From Laetmonice hystrix (lineage: Eukaryota), in the NCBI GenBank assembly GCA_965235115.1, contig OZ249436.1, forward strand, positions 21,206,001-21,270,000: a stretch of DNA of 64,000 bases. Direction: 5' to 3'. The notes below the pieces were generated by a model. It was given only the letters and a program-made list of their open reading frames with translations, was not told where the DNA came from and searched no databases. Position numbers and translations under genes: made by a program. Shown here in pieces: positions 27,241 through 41,869 of the stretch (the stretch's first letter is position 1; each line of letters opens with the position of its first letter).

Positions 27241-29032
27241 AGTCACTGAAACCATGCAGTACAGGAGCCGAAAGAGGTCATGTTGCTCTCTTGTCTTCAG
27301 GGGCAGCTGCCTTTTTTGTTATGCCACTTAAAAATGTTTCCACACACATTCACACTCAGCCCGAACAAATTGTAAGCAGCCGGTTGTAGGCTTATACGTT
27401 TAGACGTGAATACCTGGCCATTACAGCCGCCTGCAGATGTGGGCCACGTGTTAGGCGGCGCCTGGAAGCGTCTAATACCAGCCCTCGGCTGCCATAATGG
27501 TCAGGTGTTCTACAACCAAGGTCCGTTTTCGCGGTCACATTATTTCCATGTTTAGATTGCCACTTTCCGTATGGTTTCTGGTGTCAGGCCGAATTGAATA
27601 ACGACCACCAGCCGCCCATCGACATGGCTACTCATTTTCGGAGTTGTATTGCCTCATTATCCGCTGTTATTACACCCGATGCTAATAGATTGGAAGGGCC
27701 GTCCTATTCCCTATTGTGAAAACTTAGATTAACAACGCTGGTAATTGGTTTGAAAATTTCCTGTAATTTAGATCGCCTGATTACATGAATTATGATATTT
27801 CATATTTCTGAAAATGAAAGGGGCGATTCGTTAAAGCATTAGATGAGTGCAGAGAAAAAAAGGTGGAACGTGGCACTGATTGTTGTGGGGTATGTTCATT
27901 GTAATAAGGCGAATGGCAGGTTATCACCCGACGTCGGCCATGTGCTTGAGCTTCCATTATGGCTGCGCAGACGACCAGGGCTTTCGGCGGGCTGGGTTTG
28001 GCGATAAGACTGTGGCTGTGTGATTGATGGTTATAATGCAAAATAATCAAGGCAAAAAGAGGAAGTGAACTGAATACGCATTGAAATAGCATGTCTCTGA
28101 TGTTAACGCTGGAAATCTATTCGCGATTCGTACGGCATCCGTTGGGAGTCTTGTGAATGTCGCCTGACGTCAGCAAAGATGGATCAGTGGACTTGGGTCG
28201 AGTGGAGGGTGTGCACGGTTGGGGGTGGGGCGGTTCAAAGCTGATTTGGCTCAGGTAAATGAGTTGCATGATTAATGTGCAAAAAGCAACCTTCTCTCTA
28301 AACCTTATAGAAATTGTATTCAACCAGAAAGCGTCATGATCTTACTATGCCCATAATTATGAGTTCATAATCCACATTATAGGGCAGCAATGCATATATT
28401 CTGGAAAGTCTGTGGATCTTTAGTGCTTAAACCGATATGTATAATGCACGCCTACTGCATGCACGGATCATACCGGGGTGATGTGTTAATACCGCCATCT
28501 TCTGAATCTTCCGTGTCTCCGAAGAAAAGCTCTCGGCCTCCGTCGTGATCATCTGGACTTTCAATTTGGCTGATTTTATGTGCGGAAAGGGATGTCGAGT
28601 ACCCACTCACAGAACGGTGTAGGCGATGTGTCGAGGGAATTCCTGTAGACGTTGTACTCACTTTTCTTTTATCTTAGCCGCCAAACCAAAGGTTGGAGGA
28701 TCAGACTCGGAGCAGACTTCCATGCAGATTGGCCAGCGACTGGCACACTCTCCAGTTCATTTCGCGGTTGCTGTGATCGACTCCATAAGGCGCTTCTGTC
28801 GAACACACACTTCAGGCAAATATGTACGTGCATGCTAGGGTAGCTTATTTCAATCTTCTCCAAGGCAAAAAACGAAACCCTTTTTTTCTTTGACCTAAGA
28901 AATTCCACATCGCCGCCATCTTTGTTGACCGATATTGGCGGCATGTTTTGGATATTGAGGACGAGGCCCTGTACCAACAGTGGATTGGTTGTGGCACCGA
29001 TCTGTTTTATTAGAACGGGTACTGCATGCAAG

Positions 29033-29421
29033 CAGGGCCGGATCCAGGGGTTGTGGGGGTTGCAACCTCCCTAAAAAGTAAGAAAAGAAAAACAAAGTTG
29101 TCAAATGTCCGTCCTCAAAGAACCCAAAGAACCACTGTGAATCTAGAATCTAAGGCGATAAGTAGCCTATATATATCAGTAGCGTACGGGGGGGGGGGGA
29201 GTGCTTGGGGTGCTCAAACAACCCCCCTCAATTTGCCAATGTTTTGTTTGTTTGTTATTTGGTGCGCTTGTTGCCAATTTGCAGCGCCTACGACGTTGGT
29301 TATTTCCAGCACCCCCTGGGTCCAGTTTCTGGGTACGCCACTGTATATTTCATAAAATAATAATAATTTCGGACTAAACGACTGCACCCCCCCCCGCCGC
29401 CCCTTGAAACAAATCCAGATC
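29033..29421. mobile_element. MITE of the same family as 23028-23288, with a nested insertion and eroded right TIR
   Basis: CAGGGCCGGATCCAGGGG...TTGTGGGGGTTGCAACC...GTGAATCTAG...AGTAGCCTATA...TTTCATAAAATAATAATAATTTCGGACT is collinear with the 23028 copy. Confidence 0.85.
29177..29343. mobile_element. Nested MITE with 5-bp TSD
   Basis: CAGTAGCGTAC / GTACGCCACTG (10/11 match); TATAT on both sides; absent from the paralog at 23028. Confidence 0.88.
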
Positions 29422-31259
29422 AACAGATCAGTGAAGAATCTCACAAGACATAGTTCCCAAACAGCTGCTCAATTATTACCATCCGTCACTGTCCTTCAAG
29501 GAGATGACAGGATGTTGTTTATTATTGGTGGTTCTTTAGAAACTTGCATCATGAACCGTTAGGAACGTAGAATGGTCAATCAACCGCACAATATACAGAA
29601 ACCAGTGGCCTCCAGCGTGTGTCTAGTTTGACTTTTGTACCGTGAAGACTTGGGTCAGATAATAAGTGGGTATCTGTCGCCCGTTCAATCACCTAAAGAC
29701 ATGGCCCTATCATTGGGTATATCAATATATTCTCCACGATAATTAGAAAGTGAAAAATAAAAAATAAATGGGAAACGAATGTTGTGGAGACTTTGGAGGC
29801 GGTTCAAAGACGTAACAGTGGATAGAACAGATCCTAATCAGTCTGGCTGACACTCCCACGATGTTTAGGTCCCTGGAGACATTGAACAAAATGTTTCCCA
29901 CAGAACCAAATAAAAAGGAAGTGAAAAACACCTGCGTTGTGACATAGGGGTGGGAAGCTAGGTTTGAGATGTCACCAGGGACGCTAAGGAGACATTAGCC
30001 AATAGAGAGTGACTTAACACAGGTCTTAGTGACGGATCGTGTTACAGAGAACGGCATACATGGAGGTACCTTCAGGGGCCACAAGAATTTACGACATTTT
30101 TGTCTCGATCAAAACACCGGTCGACCGTAACAGGTACATAACCATTCGTAGACGTATACATATACGTATATGCAGGCATATATATTTGTGGGGAAAGTAT
30201 AAATGCATATAGCTTCTATGTAAGAGTTTCAAGAGTTCAGCTCCTGACAAATGTCTGTGTGAGGAAAAGACAAGATTGCATTTTGTGAGTTTCCCTCCGT
30301 AAGTGTAAAGGGATATACCACAATATAAACCCATGTTTCCCACGGTGTACTTCTTCAGATGGTTAACAGGGAACCGTTAAGGGAACTGTTATCCTGATCA
30401 AATACAAATGTCTGCATTAACATAACAGCAACAGTTGGCTTGGTTCCACCACACGGGTCATTTAACAATTGCTCGACCTTCGATAAAACCTATAGAATCT
30501 GACTTCTGTGACGAGGATTTCATTTTATCATAGATCAGGACGTCTGACCTACGTCAATCGTTCGGCGGAAATGTCAGTGTTAGTTGTTAAATGTTGTTTT
30601 CGGAAATACCACTGGCTATTGGTTTTTTTAACGTATAGTGCCTATCAACACTATACATTAAAGCCTTTAGGAACTTTTGCCTTCCTCGAAAGTCAGTCTT
30701 TTGTCATTAGAATGCCTCAATTTCACTTGCATTGCGGCAAGGCTCCTTTGTCCCTTCCACCTTACTTTTTGTAACAACCAACCTAGAAAGCGTTTAGTAG
30801 TTTATTAACCTTGAATCTACTCGCTGGTATCTTGATCAGATGACCTAAATGGCTCCCGAATGGGGAGGCAGTGGGCAATGTCCATAAGACATATTGTTCT
30901 GCCAGAAAATAACGAGCTGCAGTTTCAGTTGGACCGGCGCTCGCTTTTGAATCGTCAACGTCATCTGCTGCTATCAAAACCATTCCAGCCAAAGCCCTTT
31001 CCCTTGGCGCATTGTACCGGGAGGTCATCAAAGTTAAATCCATCACCTGGTTGGGCCCAGCCCCTCCTCTTGCTCCCTTGGTGGCCCCCATTAGCCTATT
31101 GTCTGCGTCGAGAGTGACCATTTGACCAGTACTGACCAGTCTTCATTTTACCGCTTGGCGTATTCAGGTGACAGCGTTAGGACTTCATTCCTCATAGAGT
31201 CCGTGCACCGAGGAGGTGGTCACTGACATACGGGGAGGGGAGGAGCGGCCACAAGCCAC

Positions 31260-31550
31260 CCAACCCCTCACACCCCCACACCACCCTCACCGCCCCCCCC
31301 CACCCCCCCCCCCACTCCCACCCCCACTGAGACTCGGAATTATGCTGCTTCAGCGGTTTGCATATTATTGTATGACATCGGTTTGGGTGAAATGCGTTTC
31401 TTCACCTCAATATTCATATAAAGTTGTGCTTCTTCCTCTTCTCTTCCCCCTCTTCTTATTTCCTCCTCCTTCTACCTCTCTTTCCTCCTCCTCTTCTTCT
31501 TTTTCTGTTCTTCCTTCCCTTCTTCTGCTTCCTTTTTTCCTTCTTCTTCA
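31260..31550. repeat. Low-complexity C-rich and CTT/CCT tracts
   Basis: C-rich run at 31260-31326; (CTT/CCT)n at 31415-31550. Confidence 0.8.
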
Positions 31551-31680
31551 TCAGAAGCGAAAGCAAAGTCATATTGCGAATAACAACAATTTCTGGAGGT
31601 ACATTTTACAAACACGACCAAAATATTGTAATATTATTTTTCATAGATTATATAATACGGCTAACTGCACTGATATCCCT

Positions 31681-32664
31681 CTGGTTACCTGTCTGTCCTC
31701 ACATGTGCAGCTTTGGCCACCACCAACTGCTCTCACACCATTCTGGTTACCTGTCTGTCACCACATGTGTCGCTATGGCCACCACCAACTGCTCTCACAT
31801 CGCTATGGTTACCTGTCTGTCCCCACATGTGCAGCTATGGCCACCACCAACTGCTCTCACATCACTCTGGTTACCTGTCTGTACCCACATGTGTCGCTAT
31901 GGCCACCATCAACTGCTCTCACATCACTCTGGTTACCTGTCTGTCCCCACATGTGTCGCTATGGCCACCACCAACTGCTCTCACATCACTCTGGTTACCT
32001 GTCTGTCCCCACATGTGAAGCTATGGCGACCACCAACAGCTCTCACATCACTCTGGTTACCTGTCTGTACCCACATGTGTCGCTATGGCCACCACCGACT
32101 GCTCTCACATCGCTATGGTTACCTGTCTGTCCCCACATGTGCAGCTATGGCCACCACCAACTGCTCTCACATCACTCTGGTTACCTGTCTGTACCCACGT
32201 GTGCAGCTATGGCCACCACCAACTGCTCTCACATCACTCTGGTTACCTGTCTGTACCCACGTGTGCAGCTATGGCCACCACCAACTGCTCTCACATCACT
32301 CTGGTTACCTGTCTGTACCCACATGTGCAGCTATGGCCACCACCAACTGCTCTCACATCACTCTGGTTACCTGTCTGTCCCCACATGTGCAGCTATGGCC
32401 ACCACCAACTGCTCTCACATCACTCTGGTTACCTGTCTGTCCCCACATGTGTCGCTATGGCCACCACCAACTGCTCTCACATCACTCTGGTTACCTGTCT
32501 GTCCCTACATGTGCAGCTATGGCCACCACCAACTGCTCTCACATCACTCTGGTTACCTGTCTGTACCCACATGTGTCGCTATGGCCACCACCAACTGCTC
32601 TCACATCACTCTGATTACCTGTCTGTACCCACGTGTGCAGCTATGGCCACCACCAACTGCTCTC
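31681..32664. repeat. 62-bp minisatellite, ~16 copies
   Basis: Unit CTGGTTACCTGTCTGT(C/A)CCCACATGTG(CA/TC)GCTATGGCCACCACCAACTGCTCTCACATCACT. Confidence 0.97.
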
Positions 32665-35369
32665 CGATGCAGATGTAATTTTTTTTAACGTATCACAGAG
32701 TTCGTCGTTTTACATCTTTGTTCATAGTATTTTACTGTCAAGTGTAAAGATTTTACTGTCAAGTGCAAAGATCAGGTTTCATAGAGTTCACGTGTTGGGG
32801 TCACAGTCCCGCTTCCCATCATGACAACTTGTCGTCTGTGCAATGACACTGTCTTGTTCGCACTTTTTCTCAGGTGATTTGTTTCTACTGTTCACTATAT
32901 CGGTTTTCAGCGTTCCTTACCCTAACACGGAAAGCCGGATCGACTTTCGCCTGAAATACTCTTATCGCGCCTTTCTGTCAGAACAACTATGTTAGCAACT
33001 TTGCTGTCACTGACAAATCCATTCGGTAAATAAAGAGAAGTATCTTTATATGACGAGATGCCAGCAGGTGTATAAAGCTTAATTACATTTTACTCGAGAT
33101 CGTATTCGCAGTGGGAGTTCTCACTTTGTGGAGTATGTGACGTGAATGAAAGCAGCCCCGAATCCATGGGACGCTTCCCAAAATGTCATTTAGGTCAGGG
33201 TGTATTCAGTTGTGAGGGGCAGTCCTAGGGGTTTGGGAGTCGGTCTCTCAGCGTCGACGGCTCTCTGCCGGTATGGTGACGGGGGACGGTGGGAACGTGC
33301 ACGGAGACCACTCTCTTCACGCCGAGTCTCTTTGTGTTAGTGCGATTTATGTGACTCTGCCATTGTGTTCGCGACGTTTGGCGTATAACTCGAGTCTGAA
33401 AGTATTAATTAGTCACTGACCTTAAGGGGCAGGTCAAATTTATATATATGCGATAGAGACCAAAAGTTCGTAGAAATCCTTCTGGGTGATCTTCTATAAG
33501 GCCTAGTTAGACTCCTGTAAAATGAGGGAAATGGGCGTGGAGACAGTATATCAAATCTGTTAAAATGTCTGTTACCATCAAAATGGTGTTACCTGTAGGG
33601 CATCAAACACTTTATCAGGCGTTCTGCAAGTTTCCCATGAGAGGAGACGCAACTTACCATAGCTGGTTGTGAAAGAGCGTATTTTCCAGGTGGGCAGATG
33701 GACCCGTTCTGAATCCACGCGTTTACCTAAAGAGAATTGCAATGAATCCATCCGTGCGTCATTGCAACTCAGCGGAAAATCATGACGCTCTGGTCTGAAC
33801 GTTAATTTTTGGGTGCAAATGATAGCAATAACAGATGTCCACTAGCTATGCCTGAAACATAAACATAATCTTTCTATGATAATTATAATGCTTTTAAACC
33901 AAATTTGCCCTATAAGGTAACCATAAATAGATATGCACCAACAAGTACATTATTTTGGTAGTTTGTTTAATTTGAAATGAAATATGGGGAAATGTAAAGA
34001 AGATATTTGAGTAAATAAAAAAATGAAAAGTGCTGGTGAATAAGTAACTTTATAATGGCCTATTTAGCGGTGATAAAATGGTAAACGTTGCCACCAGCTG
34101 ATGGCTTTGCCGTTACCACCCGTGCTACCCGTGCCGCACACTCTGCCGCTGCCGCGTGCGTGGGGTTGACTAGGGCCATATTTCACAAGTCAAAGGTCAA
34201 CCCAAGGGTCAGGGGTTGTGAGGAGGGTGAAAGGTGACAACAGGTGTAGTTTGGGAGAGGGGCCGTGTGCAGATTGCGAGGGTCTTGACGTGCCCCATGC
34301 ATGGCCGGCCACCAAAGCTGGGCCCTCAGCGGGAATGGACAGCAAACATGTCACTATACCACACCGACACCCGCGGCTATGTTATTAAACATATAACGAG
34401 TCGCCATTCAAGTCGTTGGAGATGGTCCCGAATTTCAATGACGGTCAGCGGGAACTCGAGAGAGCGTTTAAAGTCCAGAAGGCAGCAAGGATTTGGACAA
34501 ACTGCTCCAACCTGGACCGTATACGGCTTGGGGTTAGCTGCACAGACGACGTATATCTGTAAAAGAAAATGTACCGATGGCAGGACGGCGGCCCTGAGCC
34601 CCTGAGTTCGTCCCCTTTGGCTCTGGGCTTTTGACAAACTTTGTCCGCTTATTATGTGGATAGTGCAGTCTATTAAAAGCATTCATAGCTATAGGTTATG
34701 TTATAAAGAGTGTTCAATCATCTCTCTATAATTACAGGCCATATATCAAATGTGTACAAAGAAAGATGCATGACGTGTTTTTGATGCATGGCGGCCTGGG
34801 AGAACCTAGGGTTGGTTTGTGTAAGTCGACAATATAATATTGTGTTCTTGCCACTCAAACACAGTGGACAACATCCATTTCCTGTGAATGTCATTCATAT
34901 AGATGAGAATGATGTATTTTGAAAGCCTTTGGGAAGCAGTCTTAGTTAAACGAAATAGAACTAGCTATTATGTAACAAAAGATTTCCTTTTCGGAAGGCG
35001 ATAACGAGCTTTCATATTCTAATGATTCTCCGCAGGTCTCGTGTAGGCGCTGCAGGCGGCGCGAGTTTACGGGAGAGTTTGGGGCGGGGTTGTAGAAACT
35101 GACGCTAGGTGTCAACAACTCAAATATCGCCTAAAGACGGGTAACTAGTCGGACAGAATCCGTTCGAGATGACTGTAGGCCAATTACCAGAAAGGAAAGT
35201 ATGCCTCTTTACAAATAGAATGTTACGCCCATAAGCGATTGAATTGGGCGGATACTAACAAAGTTAAATCCTAAAAAAGATTATGCCGAGACCTGCAATG
35301 TGTACGGATGTTATATTGGAGGCCCTATATACCAAGATATTGACATCCGGTCAGGATCATCTTTGCCAC

Positions 35370-35616
35370 TCTCTTTTTTTCTCTCTGCCTCTCTCTTTTT
35401 CTCTCTGTCTCTGTCTCTCTGTCTCTCTCTCGCGCTCTCTCTGTCTCCCTCTGTGTCTCTCTGTCTCTGTCTCCCTATCTGCCTCTCTCTGGCTCTCTCT
35501 GACTCTCTCTGTATCTCTATCTGTATCTCCGTCTCTCTCTGTCTCTCTCTGTCTCTCTTTGTCTCTCTCTGTCTCTCTCTGTCTCCCTCTCTGTCTCTCT
35601 CTGTCTCTATCTCTCT
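35370..35616. repeat. CT/CTGT microsatellite
   Basis: Interrupted (CT)n. Confidence 0.93.
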
Positions 35617-35998
35617 GCCAACTGAAATTCCTGTTCATAGACCATCTCCGACAATTAGTTTACCCAACTCGGGCAAGTGCCTTGATTCTCACAAATTGAA
35701 CTCCTGGGTCCATGTTCTGTGACCTTTCCGAACGGAGTCTTTGCCCGTTCTCGTACATATTGCAGACAGCACTGAACTATGTATCCATACTTTATTGGTA
35801 TATATGTAGGGTGTATCACATATAGAGTATAAGACTGTGGACACTGCATGACGTGACGACTCCACACACGTACCATCAGTGCTCCCTCACTCGGTGGTCA
35901 TTAGCTTGCACACAGCTATTTGTTTTACAGAGACAGGTGCAGTGCCATCTCCTGATGTCATGCAAGACGTTTACTATACCAGTTCTGCCGTCAAAATA

Positions 35999-36373
35999 TC
36001 ATAAAGAATATCGAGTTTTTAGGAAAGCTTTTCCAGGTTTATGATTAACGGTTTGACGCCAAAGGGCTTCCTGAACGTCAACTCTGGCTGATAGGTACTT
36101 CGGTAAGGTTTCTTTGGGTCGGTAGAAGATTTTATGGGGCTTTTTCTGCGCCTTGCAAAATGTATTTATCGTTGTGGCAAGGAGCATGGTCTCCTTAATC
36201 GTCTGTATGCGTGTAAGAGATTTGAAATAAACATGCGAACACATCCGTGAATGAATTGTTGGTTCGAATTGTCTTTCAGAAATACTAGTTGATATCATTA
36301 GACATGCTGCTTTTTTATCATCTAAGTTCTTATGCGACGTTCTGTTGGCACGATACATCGTTATAATAGTCAT
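35999..36373 (-). pseudogene. Possible decayed THAP-domain transposon ORF
   Basis: RQFEPTIHSRMCSHVYF resembles THAP F.P...SR.CS.HF, and IFYRPKE...LWRQTVN resembles THAP FYR.P....W...V; the N-terminal CxxxxC is not seen. Confidence 0.3.
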
Positions 36374-39300
36374 TCATGTTTTACATTCGACATTAGTAGA
36401 CTGATGTTATCACTTTCCTTTGAGTAAATAAATATAGGTGACTCCTTTTCTTCTTTTTTCCCTTCTTTTTCGATTCTAATAATCGTACAAGAATGCCGTT
36501 TCCCGAAGAGAATAATTCGATGACCAACAAGTTAGAGCGGAACCGGAAGTCACATTTGGGAACTTCCGGTTGCGTATACCTTGTCCACTACGAATTGTGT
36601 CTTTGCAGTGTTTCACGTTAAAGAACCGTTGCTACTTGTCGAAATGCACGCCAGGGGCGTTTTGGCTGTGTGCAAATATCCTTAAAATCCCTAAAATAAT
36701 TTTTTATGTTAGTGTCAAGAAATTCCACTTAAAAATTATTTTATATATATTTTTTTGTTTTTGGTATTTGAATCTAGGAATGCGACACGCTCTTGTATAG
36801 CTGTTGATTAGGCTTTACCTCGTCAGACTCCCCCCCCCCCCCGAGCTACAAAAGTTCTAAACAAGGCGATAGTTGGGGGTGTCATGACGTAGTAGTATTA
36901 AAGTGGGTGATTTGGAAGATAAATTGCCTCCCAATTCTCTAAGTCTGTGCATGGGGTCATTTAGCCGTGCCGGGGTCACCCCATGTGAAGCTGGATGATA
37001 TTGATGCTGGAGAGTGGTGAGTATTTCTCGCCTCATTATTACGGTAAGATTGGCACGGGTGGGCGGCTTAGCTGGTCATCATGCCATGGGACGTCGTCAT
37101 ACACATGGGCGTACCAACCGCAGTTATTCTGTGGGAGTTGGGGGGGGGGGGGTGAACTTAATTTGGTTCGAATATGGTATATATAGGCAAATCTTTAATT
37201 ACGCTCCTCAATCGTTTATAGGCAAATGACGGCTCAGATGTTTAAATACACATCTATCATTAGGTCTGTAATTTAAAGGGATGACATGTACATGTGTAAT
37301 AATCATTATATAGTGAGAACAAACCCAACGTATTACGCGGTGACGGTAGAGGCAATTTGGTCCGTGCCTGCTTTGCTTTCGCATGTGTGGGTGTGGGTGT
37401 GGGTGTGCGTACGGGGGGATGTGCGTTTGTAAACTGCATGGGGTATCAGGCGTTGGACCAATGATGTGTTGCGATCGATCCTCCGGCTGAGTGAAAGGGC
37501 CTTCACGGGCCCTGACGGGAAGAAGGACCTCAGTTTGTGTCGAAGGTTACATAAAAACCATTGCGGTTAGAAGCCAGTGATAAATGAGCTGTCAGTCAGT
37601 GTCGACCGGTGGACCCTCCTTGATTAAGGAGGAGCCCATCTCGGCCAGATGTAGACTGCAGGTCGCATCCGTCATCTTTGGCAGAACGTCGCGACGTGAT
37701 GGACGTTCCAAACACAGGCAGACGATTCCACGGCTCAAGATCTATAGCAAGTAATTCGACCCGACTTGGGAAATACAACCGCGAGTGAAATGAACAAAAT
37801 AGTGCGAGGGAACTTTGATGGAACGCGTATAGAAACACAGACGTAGTTCCTCCTCGTACAGTCACGTCTGCTTTCACGTAAATGAAAACGTACGTGTGAA
37901 ATTGACGCAAAATGTCGTCTGCAGTGAGGAGTGAAACTAGGGCAAATTAGGTTGTCAGCGACGGATGGCCGCCGGATCCTCAATGATTAATGACACGGAG
38001 AATCTGGAAGGCGGAGCAGACGACCGACTGGCCATCCTTGGCCAGTCATCGGCCCGCCCCCGTTACGTATTATTGTATCCGTGAAATATACAGTACTATA
38101 GGACAATAGGACAATGTCGGGTAAAGTTGTCCGATTTTATCACCATAAATCAGTAGAAAATTGTAATGATAATTAGGTCCAACCTATATCCCGTGTCAAC
38201 CAGACAATATATTATTGAATCAGTAAAGAAACTTTATAAAAATTGCGCACTTGAGTGTAATAAGAAAATACGTAAAATAATTTTTTTTTCGACTGTTTTT
38301 TTTTTAAGATTGGAAATTATCCTTTTGTATCGGTCGACAAAGTTGGCAAAGACGGTGTAAACATTATGCAAGGATACTGCGTATAATGTGCGATGATATT
38401 AGACCATGTTTAAACGTCGTATGAACATATAACGGAATGAATTGTATATCAGTATGCGGAATGGTTAACTTTTGATATTATCTCAGCTCTTTTACAGATC
38501 GTAAATAAAAAGGTGTGTATATCTTTGGCATAATTATGACAGTTTTTCCACAAATTTCTTTATACTGCAAAATTAGAAATCCTTCAAAATTCGCCATTCT
38601 TTCCTAAAAAAAATCTCAATAATTCACAGGTCCCTTTTAGAAGATGTAGTGACAATGATTATGCATTGCGAATAAACCTAGCAGTCAGCACTAGTAGTTC
38701 CAGGTGCTATAGTTTGTTATACTATAGGACCGATTATACAGGCGGGTTCATGACTTGGTTTACGGTATTATAAATATAATATAGGGCGCCTAACGGTAGG
38801 CCTATTCACGTCCAGGCGTGTTGGAGTTTGTAAAGGCCGGACCAAATGGACGCAGGGAGAACATGAAGCGTAATGTGTTATGCACTTGTGCTTGTTAGCT
38901 TAATTTCTCGTTCACTTTGGTCTGGTCGCCGACTGATTGCCGGTGTGCACGTGCCTGGCCGAGGCAGTGATGACTCGGCGAGCATCAAGATAGATGGTCG
39001 GTGGGGCCAGGGTGGCACGCGGGCGGGCCGCCGACCCACACCGGCCGGGGGGAAGTGACGGGTACGCCGTGGAGGCAGTCGGCCAACTCGCCCGCGGCGT
39101 GCCGACCGAGTGGAACGGAGCGCCGGCCAGCCGGCCAGCCCCCGCCCCAAGCCGGCCGACCAAACATGCCCCGATCGCATGCTACCCGTTCATTAATCTG
39201 ACCAAATGGACAGGGGAGTGGAGCAGGTAGTTTGGGCGAATCTTCAGGTCAGAGGGTCGCCACGAAAGTGAATCATGGCGACTTCTTGTTTACTGCGGAG

Positions 39301-41301
39301 GCTCCAGAATACCTGGTTTTGGAAGGAATCCTGGGGCGAATATAAGGACCAAGGGTTTGGCTGCTGGCGTGGGGCAGCGTTTATAGCTAATCACCCCTTC
39401 ACAGTGGTCATTTGCTCAATTTATACTATAATTACGGTACTCTCAATGTAGGGCAATGATTGCAGGTTGCGGCTTGATGGCAACAACATCAATTAAATCA
39501 TCCAATCAGGGTAACTCAAAACTAGGTTTCTCAGAACATTCAGAAAACATTCCCGTGTCAGCCACGGTAATAAGGTATCATATCCACCTAAAACTTTTCA
39601 TGAAATGGGCAGTGTTAGTAGAGGGCATTGGACAGGACCCGCCCTAATATACATTCAATCCGACTAGCATGTAGTTTACGCGCGGAGATCTTCAGAGGTT
39701 TCGCAATATTTCACGACCTCTATCAGCAAAGGTTACTCGGTTCACTTGTAATACTTCATAAAGACCGATTTATGTTGTGCCTACAGCACAGCAAAAAAAT
39801 CTAGGTTGCAGGTAAGCTCAGCAAATTACAGCGATTGTAAAGTAATCAAACAGCTATTGTTTCGGGCTAGGTGGGCGGCATCGTGAGTCACGTGGTCCCC
39901 TGGTACTTATCTTTACCGGCAGAGGTCGCTGTGGTAGAAGGGCAGACCGCCTTTAATGACGTCATGTTACGGCAATATTTCATTGTGCGGTCAGCAAGTA
40001 CTTCCCTATATGAAGTTTTTTTCTCAGATAACGTCAACACGTGAACATTTTCTTACCAATTAAAATGACAGCAAGCGGCATTTTGTTTGATTTATTAGCG
40101 GCAGTGTTGTTAGCGTGACTGCCATGACACAGTGGTACTGTAAGTATATTACCTTCGATCATTCGTACAATAATTGACTCGCTATGCTCACTATTAAAAT
40201 AATGTCGCTGTGCGGAAGCTACCCCGGTTATTTTGACAAAAGTAATATAGACTTAATATAAGAACTTCTGCCTATAATTTTGTTAATAACACAAATGTCT
40301 AAGTTTTACACTCGCTTGAGGTATACACAAAACGTAATGCAGGTGTGAAAATTGTTTTTGTACTTAGGAACGTCACAAACTTTCATGCCTATATCTTTGA
40401 CACGTTACATCATGAAGAACAGGTATTGTTCCTGAGCCCCTGGGTTTTTTTTTGCGGGTTTGGAAACCATCACTTTAATCAAGAAACAACAAAGGAATCA
40501 TGAAAGGAGGTGTTTCTTTGAAAGCGTGGAGTAGTATACAAGTATTCGTGCGGTCGGGGAAGATCACAATGACGTGACGTGGTATCATATTGTCTTGTAA
40601 GATTATCTAAGCTCGTGGTCTACATGATACACAGTCAAAGTATTTGTGACGTGCATCGAGTAAAAAAAAAAGACAACAACAGCAGGCAGTTCTCTTCAAT
40701 TTTTCCCACGGCCCTCCAAAAGGAGACGATATTTTAATGGTTTTTATATACAATAGTGGCATGTATTCAATAAAACGAGTAACTATTTATGGTAATTTCA
40801 CATGCCACCGGTTTATGTATCTGTTTATTTAGTTAGTGTTTGAGTTGGTGCGTGGGGAGCTCGGGCTGTTTATAACCATAGTATCATTTAACGTATATCA
40901 AGATATCTACGAGTACTTGCGACATCCAAGTTTCTGCAGTTTCTGACGACTAAAAACACCGGCAAAACTGATTTTATTCCAGGACAGGCATACCTAATAT
41001 GATATGGCCCTAGCACTGCCCTCCATGGGCCCTTTTACTCATTAAGCACATTTTGATTCCCCATTCTCAATGCGGAGCACCCCCACCCCAAATAAAAAGA
41101 TCCAATGCGTCAACATTGTCCTCGTGTAGCAAGGGGGCGGCCGTCCCATCCCATAAATCTGTCATGTCATTTAACTCCTCTAGTCATATTCCAACATTCA
41201 GCAGAAATACGGTAGTGGGGTGGGGTGAAAAAAACGTTTTTCCGAAGGCGACATCTATCGGGAATTAAAAACTCTACTCGCAAAATGTTATTACTTCCAA
41301 C

Positions 41302-41529
41302 CAGACACAGGCGCCATGGGCTCAGATACAGGCGCCATGGGCTCGGATACAGGCGCCGTGGGCTCGGATACAGGCGCCATGGGCTCGGATACAGGCGCCG
41401 TGGGCTCGGATACAGGCGCCATGGGCTGAGATACAGGCGCCGTGGGCTCAGATACAGGCGCCGTGGGCTCGGATACAGGCGCCATGGGCTCAGATACAGG
41501 CGCCATGGGCTCAGATACAGGCGCCATGG
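41302..41529. repeat. 21-bp minisatellite, ~11 copies
   Basis: Unit GATACAGGCGCC(A/G)TGGGCTC(A/G). Confidence 0.96.
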
Positions 41530-41869
41530 ACTGCTCCCAGTGTTCCATGCCATTTCACCACGCCAAACCATTTCTATAGTAGAGCTCCTGGTGTTTGTAA
41601 TGAGATGTAAAGATAAAGACACATTTTCAAGAATACTGCATGGCAACTACTTTAGTCTTTTTCTATATTTGATTCCTATAATCCCATAAGTTATCACCAA
41701 CAAATAGTACACGGTGCTTGCAATTAAACTTCGAGGCACAAACTTGATTCGTTCCTTGTGTCAGTTCATGGAGTGTGCATGAAATCGTAAATTGCAGATC
41801 TAAGTTGAAAACGGAAGAGTGACTTTGTTGTTGTGAAAACGATACAGGTAGTTCAGAGGTGAGAGATAC

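Noticed and set aside
31216..32688. 490-aa and 396-aa ORFs
   Set aside because: The 62-bp unit is essentially stop-free on the plus strand and is not a multiple of 3, so all frames cycle through the same peptides; the N-terminus is low-complexity DNA.
37590..37755. Open frame containing IKEEP as a possible exon
   Set aside because: Short, no domain similarity and no convincing splice context.
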